A stretch of 63,985 nucleotides of DNA, filler included, from Craspedostauros australis (Eukaryota), in assembly GCA_030167865.1 (NCBI GenBank). It is 13 parts of 13 records of this genome, joined end to end, with 100 filler letters (N's around TTAATTAATTAA, not from the genome) between each part and the next. Parts side by side here need not be neighbours in the genome. Positions count along the whole stretch, not along the records: positions 57,580 to 59,261 come from JALAGF010005963.1; positions 59,362 to 62,430 come from JALAGF010005964.1; positions 62,531 to 63,985 come from JALAGF010006055.1; 10 more parts are not named here. The stretch is one strand, 5' to 3'. Made by a program: the position numbers and the translations under genes. Each line of letters begins with the position of its first letter. Position 1 is the stretch's first letter. Positions 57,658-63,985 of the stretch are shown piece by piece. The notes beneath the pieces were generated by a model. That model was not told the DNA's origin, made no database searches, and worked only from the letters and a program-made list of their open reading frames with translations.

Positions 57658-59261
57658 TGTTGGTAAGTTCCGCTCACAGATATTCTTGCAACTGTAGGTG
57701 ATGGTAGTGATTGTTACTGTTCTGTTTGCTATTTCGTTACATTGACACTCCGATCCTCTTGGTGCCTCTTGTTGCTCTGCCTGATGCTCTTGGTGCGTCT
57801 CTCCGACTATGAGTCGGCACGTGAGATGCTCTCTTGCTGTTCATCNTATTCTTTCTCTCTCTCTCTCTCTCTCTCAATATTGCGTGTTCACACCATGCAA
57901 TATTCNNTGCTNNATATGTATTCCGTATTCGGTATATACTCTGTCATCTCATTCTCTATTGGCCCGCTACTCTGTGAGTAATTGCCAATGTCTTGTCCAA
58001 ACTCCTCCTTGTACATCCACGATCTCGATATCCCTTGGTCATCAAATCTTCACCTTCTTGATCTGATGTGGAGACAGATGTTGACGTGGTGACATGATGA
58101 CATCCTGTCAACATCAGCTCTCGCCTTCCATGGTCCTCCAGATTCCATATTCCATTGGTGATGCAATGGCTTGGCGAGGATGTTGTCATTTGAGGTTTAG
58201 NNNNNNNNNNNNNNNNNNNNNNNNNNNNNNNNNNNNNNNNNNNNNNNNNNGTCATCAAATCTTCACCTTCTTGATCTGATGTGGAGACAGATGTTGACGT
58301 GGTGACATGATGACATCCTGTCAACATCAGCTCTTGCCTTCCATGGTCCTCCAGATTCCATATTCCATTGGTGATGCGATGGCTTGGCAAGGATGTTGTC
58401 ATTTGAGGTTTAGTTGGGAAGTACATTGATCATTACTTGATGCCATACATTTTTGTCTGTTGATGGACGGACAGGATTCCTGATGCTCTCAGAAATGTTT
58501 GTTCACGAGTTTCCTTCCNAAATTCTGATTGTTTTCATGTGTCCGAATTCGTGATGTGATTTGACAAATCACAGTATACTATCGACACTCGTGTAGTTGG
58601 ACCATCCGTACATGAGTACAAGAGAATAGCAGGTGAACGATGCACACACACATATACATCTCAACACCCTTCCTGTGTGCATTTGGTCATTCGAATGTTC
58701 TCGATGTGTCAAGGTACGACTTCTCATGCTCTCGTTGCAAGTCGGCCTTGATGTTCTTGGTGAATCCGTCGCTTGTGTTCTGCTCGGATTTGACGAAAAT
58801 GATTTCGATGGTTTTGTTGATTACCATGTTCCTCACGTAGTGATGGTGCACGTCGATGTGCCGCGATCGTTGGGATGTTGATGGGTTCTTGGCAATGAAG
58901 ATTGCTCCGATGTTGTCCATGCAGACCTTGATTGGTGTCTTCACTGGGACGCCCACACTTTCGAGTAGCTGTACGACGAAGAAGATTTCCTTTGCCGCTT
59001 CGGAAAGGGCAACGTATTCTGCTTCGGATGAGCTGAGTGTGACGGCCTTCTGTGCCNNNNNNNNNNNNNNNNNNNNNNNNNNNNNNNNNNNNNNNNNNNN
59101 NNNNNNNNNNNNNNNNNNNNNNNNNNNNNCTGATTCTCGTGTTCTTGTCTCCTGCATATTCGCTATCGCAGAAGAGCTCCATGTCCCAGCCGTCGTTGTC
59201 TGGACGCGCTGGATGGATCTTCAATCCATAGTCCTTTGTATCGATCACATACTTGATGATC
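57658..59261 (-). mobile_element. Ty1/Copia 3' end: RNase H (58687-59261), PPT and 3' LTR (57658-58666)
   Basis: FCDSEYAGD, QKAVTLSSSEAEYVALSEAAKE, DNIGAIFIAKN, RSRHIDVHHHYVR, NTSDGFTK. PPT AGGAAGGG abuts TGTTGAG. The LTR is inflated by a gap-spanning duplication. Confidence 0.92.
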
Positions 59262-59447
59262 NNNNNNNNNNNNNNNNNNNNNNNNNNNNNNNNNNNNNNN
59301 NNNNNTTAATTAATTAANNNNNNNNNNNNNNNNNNNNNNNNNNNNNNNNNNNNNNNNNNNNTCCACACTCAACCCAGACACTCGCAATGTTTCTCCCATT
59401 TGATCCATCGCACGTCACCGCGCCGGCCTTCAGTGCTGGTTTGGGTC

Positions 59448-60290
59448 ACTGTCCGTTAGCGGTGTCCGTTAAGTTCGTTAATTTTGTCCGGTCTATCCAT
59501 TCTGTCCGGCCGTTTTGTCCGGTCTGTCCGGTCATTTTGTCCGGTTTGTCCGGTCGTTTTGTCCGGTCNNNNNNNNNNNNNNNNNNNNNNNNNNNNNNNN
59601 NNNNNNNNNNNNNNNNNNNNNTGTCCGGTCTGTCCGTTTTGTCCGGTCATTTTGTCCGGTCTGTCCGGTCTGACCTAGTTTCTCCGGTTTTGTCCGGTCT
59701 CTCTTGATGGGCGTGAACGAACCACAATCGAAGTAAAATAGCGTAACCCTAAATATGCTTTTTGGGATTTCGGCTGATTCACTTTTTTGTCTCAACGCCG
59801 TGTATTAAGTCCCGTTAAGGTAAGTCACGAGCTAGAAAAGTGAAAATCGGACAAAATGTTGGGTGTTCCAGNNNNNNNNNNNNNNNNNNNNNNNNNNNNN
59901 NNNNNNNNNNNNNNNNNNNNNTGTCCGGTCTATCCATTCTGTCCGGCCGTTTTGTCCGGTCTGTCCGGTCATTTTGTCCGGTTTGTCCGGTCGTTTTGTC
60001 CGGTCGTTTTGTCCGGACTGTCCGGTCTGTCCGGTCGTTTTGTCCGGTCTGTCCGTTTTGTCCGGTCATTTTGTCCGGTCTGTCCGGTCTGACCTAGTTT
60101 CTCCGGTTTTGTCCGGTCTCTCTTGATGNGCGTGAACGAACCACAATNGAAGTAAAATAGCGTAACCCTAANTATGCTTTTTGGGATTTCGGCTGATTCA
60201 CTTTTNTGTCTCAACGCCGTGTATTAAGTCCCGTTAAGGTAAGTCACGAGCTAGAAAAGTGAAAATCGGACAAAATGTTGGGTGTTCCAG
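59448..60290. repeat. TGTCCGG-core tandem array of mixed 9- and 13-bp units (59484-59700; block repeated at 59922-60290)
   Basis: Units tgtccggtc, ttttgtccggtcg and ttttgtccggtca, followed by a non-repetitive tail that is also duplicated across the gap. Confidence 0.85.
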
Positions 60291-62094
60291 AAGAAGCATG
60301 TTTGTCCGGGAATAGCACATCAGGGCGAATCTTGACATCACTTATGACCCGCCTGAGCCAAAATAGTACACTAAAGTCGGCGTCGCATCACGGATCGGGT
60401 ATCCAACCATATAATACTCTTCCTATCAATGTTAGGTTTCTATTGAACACCTTCTACCTCTTGAAGGCGTTATATTTTAAGAGTTATGGAGGGCTAAAAC
60501 TCATGGTAAATCTACCTATTAGGTGAATAACGCACAGACGCCACGGTGCTCGTTGGCGCTTCAACTGAGTCGCAGTGGTCATTCATCCCAAAACGTTCTT
60601 TTTTCTTCCGTCGTTTGGGACTTGTTCGCGATTCTTGAATTTCCGGAGCGTGACTCTATCTTGTGCTCGCACAGAATCGTTGGTGTGAACACAAAACTGT
60701 TGTTGCATGGAGAGTGATATGATGTATCATATTGTGATGCGGTGCGATGTGCAATGGGCCGTCAACCAGGATGGTAGGCACGGCCCTTGGTACTCTTCCT
60801 CCTGTCTGTTATGTCAGCATGGTAGCAAGGTGGGTGCACTGGCTGNNNNNNNNNNNNNNNNNNNNNNNNNNNNNNNNNNNNNNNNNNNNNNNNNNNNNNN
60901 NNNNNNNNNNNNNNNNNNNNNNNNNNNNNNNNNNNNNNNNNNNNNNNNNNNNNNNNNNNNNNNNNNNNNNNNNNNNNNNNNNNNNNNNNNNNNNNNNNNN
61001 NNNNNNNNNNNNNNNNNNNNNNNNNNNNNNNNNNNNNNNNNNNNNNNNNNNNNNNNNNNNNNNNNNNNCAGGTCTTGACCCTCTGGCCCCCTAATCCCAT
61101 CCCTAACCCTGACATCGAGTAACTTCCTGGCTCTGTGTGAGTATTGTCAGCCGCACGCAGTTGCCTCCCTCGTCTCTCCCAAGTTGCCGAAACCCCAGCC
61201 GGNNNNNNNNNNNNNNNNNNNNNNNNNNNNNNNNNNNNNNNNNNNNNNNNNNNNNNNNNNNNNNNNNNNNNNNNNNNNNNNNNNNNNNNNNNNNNNNNNN
61301 NNNNNNNNNNNNNNNNNNNNNNNNNNNNNNNNNNNNNNNNNNNNNNNNNNNNNNNNNNNNNNNNNNNNNNNNNNNNNNNNNNNNNNNNNNNNNNNNNNNN
61401 NNNNNNNNNNNNNNNNNNNNNNNGCACTGTTTCGATCCATTTCAACGGCCGCCGTTCCAGCGTTTTTGATTCGATTTCAATCATTTTCGCTGTTTCTTTC
61501 ACCGAAGGTATGCTCCAGAACGCCCTTTGAACTCTTTGGCGCCAATGAAAAGTAATCAGTATTGTCGATTGTGACTGCGGTATCCGGACAGACGCCATAT
61601 CTGCTGAGTAAAACCAGGCGCCTTGGCGTGAAGGCTTCGTTGAGAATCTCAACGCACGAGCCATCCAAAGAGACAGACTTGGACAAACAAAGACAAGAAA
61701 CAAGTCAACACAAGAGACGAAAGGGNNNNNNNNNNNNNNNNNNNNNNNNNNNNNNNNNNNNNNNNNNNNNNNNNNNNNNNNNNNNNNNNNNNNNNNNNNN
61801 NNNNNNNNNNNNNNNNNNNNNNNNNNNNNNNNNNNNNNNNNNNNNNNNNNNNNNNNNNNNNNNNNNNNNNNNNNNNNNNNNNNNNNNNNNNNNNNNNNNN
61901 NNNNNNNNNNNNNNNNNNNNNNNNNNNNNNNNNNNNNNNNNNNNNNNNNNNNNNGCCGCTCGTGTTCAGTTGGTGGGTTGTACCGTTACGGTCACTCATT
62001 CCTGCTTGTGCGACCGTGACAATTCCAACGCATCACAATGCACCACGCCACAACACACCATCACCCACCACAACACACCACAACGCAAAGAGAA

Positions 62095-62430
62095 ATGAAC
62101 ATGGCAGACGATCCCTCCATCTCGTTGGAGGATGAGGATAGCAAATCCTCCATGATCTTCGACTCCAAGGCCAACGAGATGTGCCTCAACACGCTCGGCG
62201 GTCCCACCAGGCCCAAGACCAGATCCTGCTGCAAAATGAGGGACATCCTCCTGGCCGCAGCGGATTTTGATCCTTCGTCTCTCACAAAGGCAGGATACTC
62301 CAGGACGATCCGCGAGTGGGTCAGAGGCACGGATCTGGCATCGGCGCTCGTGGTCTTCGAAGGTGAAAAATCCGACATCGCGGTCTCCGCCTACGTTGAC
62401 GATCAGAGGGTGCGCGGCAGGGGCATTTAC
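62095..62430 (+). CDS. 5' part of an unknown protein-coding gene, truncated by the scaffold end
   Basis: ATG after a CA-rich leader, GC3-rich open frame MNMADDPSISLEDED..VRGRGIY to the scaffold edge. Confidence 0.5.
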
Positions 62431-62929
62431 NNNNNNNNNNNNNNNNNNNNNNNNNNNNNNNNNNNNNNNNNNNNTTAATTAATTAANNNNNNNNNNNNNN
62501 NNNNNNNNNNNNNNNNNNNNNNNNNNNNNNGCATGCAGAGCCGATGTCTGAGGCCAACCTTCATGGAGCGGATAGCTGGGGGGTATGCAGAGCGAATGAT
62601 CTGATCAGTTTGCTTAAATGCAAGGATGATGATGATGATCATGTGTGCTCATTGGAGGGCAACATTGTGCCATCGACCATTTTTTTTTCGAATCCACCAC
62701 ACAACACACAGCAAACCAACATGACTTCCAAAATATTTTCAATACTCATTTAACTTCGATATTCTGATCAACAGATAGCCAGGCGTCTGAGCGCAATGTT
62801 TAGTTTTAATTTTAAGCGATGTGTTGTTGAGATATGGCATGACAAGCAGATATTGGATGTGCTTTTTGGATGGCCTCTAGACTCGTTTTAGTAGCATGGT
62901 CTGCCACCCACAAAACTCCACAACTAGTG

Positions 62930-63985
62930 TTATCGCGGCAGTTCATGCCCATCACAATTTTCCGTCTCATCATCCAACACAGCCTCACTTTCTGCATTGG
63001 CCTTCATTGTGTGAGCATCACACCACATCTGATGATTCAGCTCCTCTTCTTCTCTCTGCAACTCTTCTTCTCTTCGTTCCTCCTCTGTTGCAGGTGGCGC
63101 ATTGTGGGTCGCCATGATTGCAGATGCTGTTGCTTTGTTTGTTGGGTTGGTGTTGGTGTTGGTGTTGGTTTCTGCCTTGATGAGGGCAGCCTGCTTCTTT
63201 TCTTTGCGTTGTTTGGTGTTGTACGCTGCAGACAGCGATGCTTTCACCCGCATGGGATTTGCGTGCAGTTGTACGTACCAGTCAGTTTTCGTTTTTTCGT
63301 GGTTCATCAATTGTTCGTGTGCTTCATGTTCGGACGGTCTGTTTTTCGAGTCCTTCGCGGACGCTTCACTGATGCCCTTCAATTTGTCCGCGATGTAGTC
63401 TGGTAGTTTCGCGTTGATCCGTACGGTTTTGCTCGCCCAGCCTGGCACTGCGAGTGGTGGGTGTTGTGTTTCCGCGGTCTTGTCCTTCAACTCCGCGGTG
63501 TTGTCGGACGGCACGCATCCTTGTACGTCTTGGATCGCTTTGCCGAACACCAGTCCCTTGCTCTCTGCCGCTGTGCGCCCGAGTTTTCGCGTCTTGTCCG
63601 TCTTCCTGAACGATTCGGACGTTATCGGCAGCTTGTCGGACTTGTGTGTGTGAACANCNNCAACGCCCAGCTGGTTGATGATCCANCCNTCCCATTCAGC
63701 GCTCTTNACNACGACGTCTTCCGTGATGCCAGATGCAGCCACCAACCGCGCCTGGTCATCGTCATACTTCACCTCGTGAGTCTGACGTACCTGTTGTCCG
63801 TTCGCGCGGAATCGTCGTTTTGGTGCGCCAGGAAGCATGGTGATGTTGCCTTGGAGGGACGACGCGTTGGCAAGTACCGTGGTTGTCCCCGCGATGTTAC
63901 TGGCTTTCAGTGCAAGGAAGAGTTGGAACGGGGTCTTGATGTCCTTGCCACTTTGCACGTATTTTCGCAGTACACGTGTGATGTA
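62930..63985 (-). CDS. 3' part of an unknown ORF, possibly a transposase-like protein
   Basis: Frame open from the window end: YITRVLRKYVQSGKDIKTPFQLFLALKASNIAGTTTVL..., ending in a K/E-rich tail. Family not confidently recognised. Confidence 0.45.
   Translation of the reverse strand, partial: YITRVLRKYVQSGKDIKTPFQLFLALKASNIAGTTTVLANASSLQGNITMLPGAPKRRFRANGQQVRQTHEVKYDDDQARLVAASGITEDVXXKSAEWXXWIINQLGVXXVHTHKSDKLPITSESFRKTDKTRKLGRTAAESKGLVFGKAIQDVQGCVPSDNTAELKDKTAETQHPPLAVPGWASKTVRINAKLPDYIADKLKGISEASAKDSKNRPSEHEAHEQLMNHEKTKTDWYVQLHANPMRVKASLSAAYNTKQRKEKKQAALIKAETNTNTNTNPTNKATASAIMATHNAPPATEEERREEELQREEEELNHQMWCDAHTMKANAESEAVLDDETENCDGHELPR

Larger units (their letters stand above)
22685..62486. 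other. 12 artificial scaffold linkers N-TTAATTAATTAA-N starting at 22685, 29417, 35812, 38381, 40093, 44174, 46132, 50039, 54105, 57524, 59306 and 62475
   Basis: Identical 12-mer with stops in all six frames, always embedded in N runs totalling about 100 nt. Sequence on the two sides is unrelated. Confidence 0.97.

Noticed and set aside
895..60290. Many apparent tandem duplications flanking N gaps (e.g. 36719/37143, 38650/39271, 42728/43454, 54680/55098, 56096/56428, 58039/58251)
   Set aside because: Each pair abuts a gap and differs by few SNPs, as expected for unmerged haplotypes or overlapping contigs in a diploid draft.
59448..60290. CRISPR array
   Set aside because: No unique spacers, units of 9-13 bp, no cas genes, eukaryotic context.
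61087..61111. Telomere-like ccctaa units
   Set aside because: Only two exact CCCTAA copies in a short island between gaps, which is too weak to call.
22685..62486. Recurring TTAATTAATTAA motif as a biological repeat, and ORFs ending in LIN
   Set aside because: It is always embedded in N runs and has stops in all frames, so it is a scaffold-joining linker. Gene neighbourhoods across linkers are meaningless.

Overview
Eukaryotic nuclear DNA, very probably a diatom: Copia and LINE families of diatom type, a diatom-style TM-LRR gene, GT-AG introns and an intron-containing tRNA. The window is not one locus. It holds 13 draft scaffolds joined by 12 artificial N-TTAATTAATTAA-N linkers, and many segments are duplicated across internal N gaps. 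Scaffold 1 (1-22640) is the only gene-rich piece. It carries the 3' part of a mariner-like transposase, a disrupted long S/T/A-rich gene, a 3-exon Q/P-rich gene with C4 and TAZ zinc fingers, VPS54, a Nudix hydrolase, tRNA-Gly(TCC) and tRNA-Met(CAT). The rest is mostly transposon debris: several Ty1/Copia pieces, three related LTRs, LINE fragments, and a TA-duplicating TIR element nested in a Copia RT. Two disrupted receptor-like genes sit among them. The best candidate for something new is a 5.58 kb unit bounded by identical 711 bp ends. It encodes an ankyrin array with near-identical framework DNA but hypervariable binding-surface codons, apparently linked across a frameshift to a BTB/POZ domain. 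All family calls come from motif recognition by eye; no searches were run.
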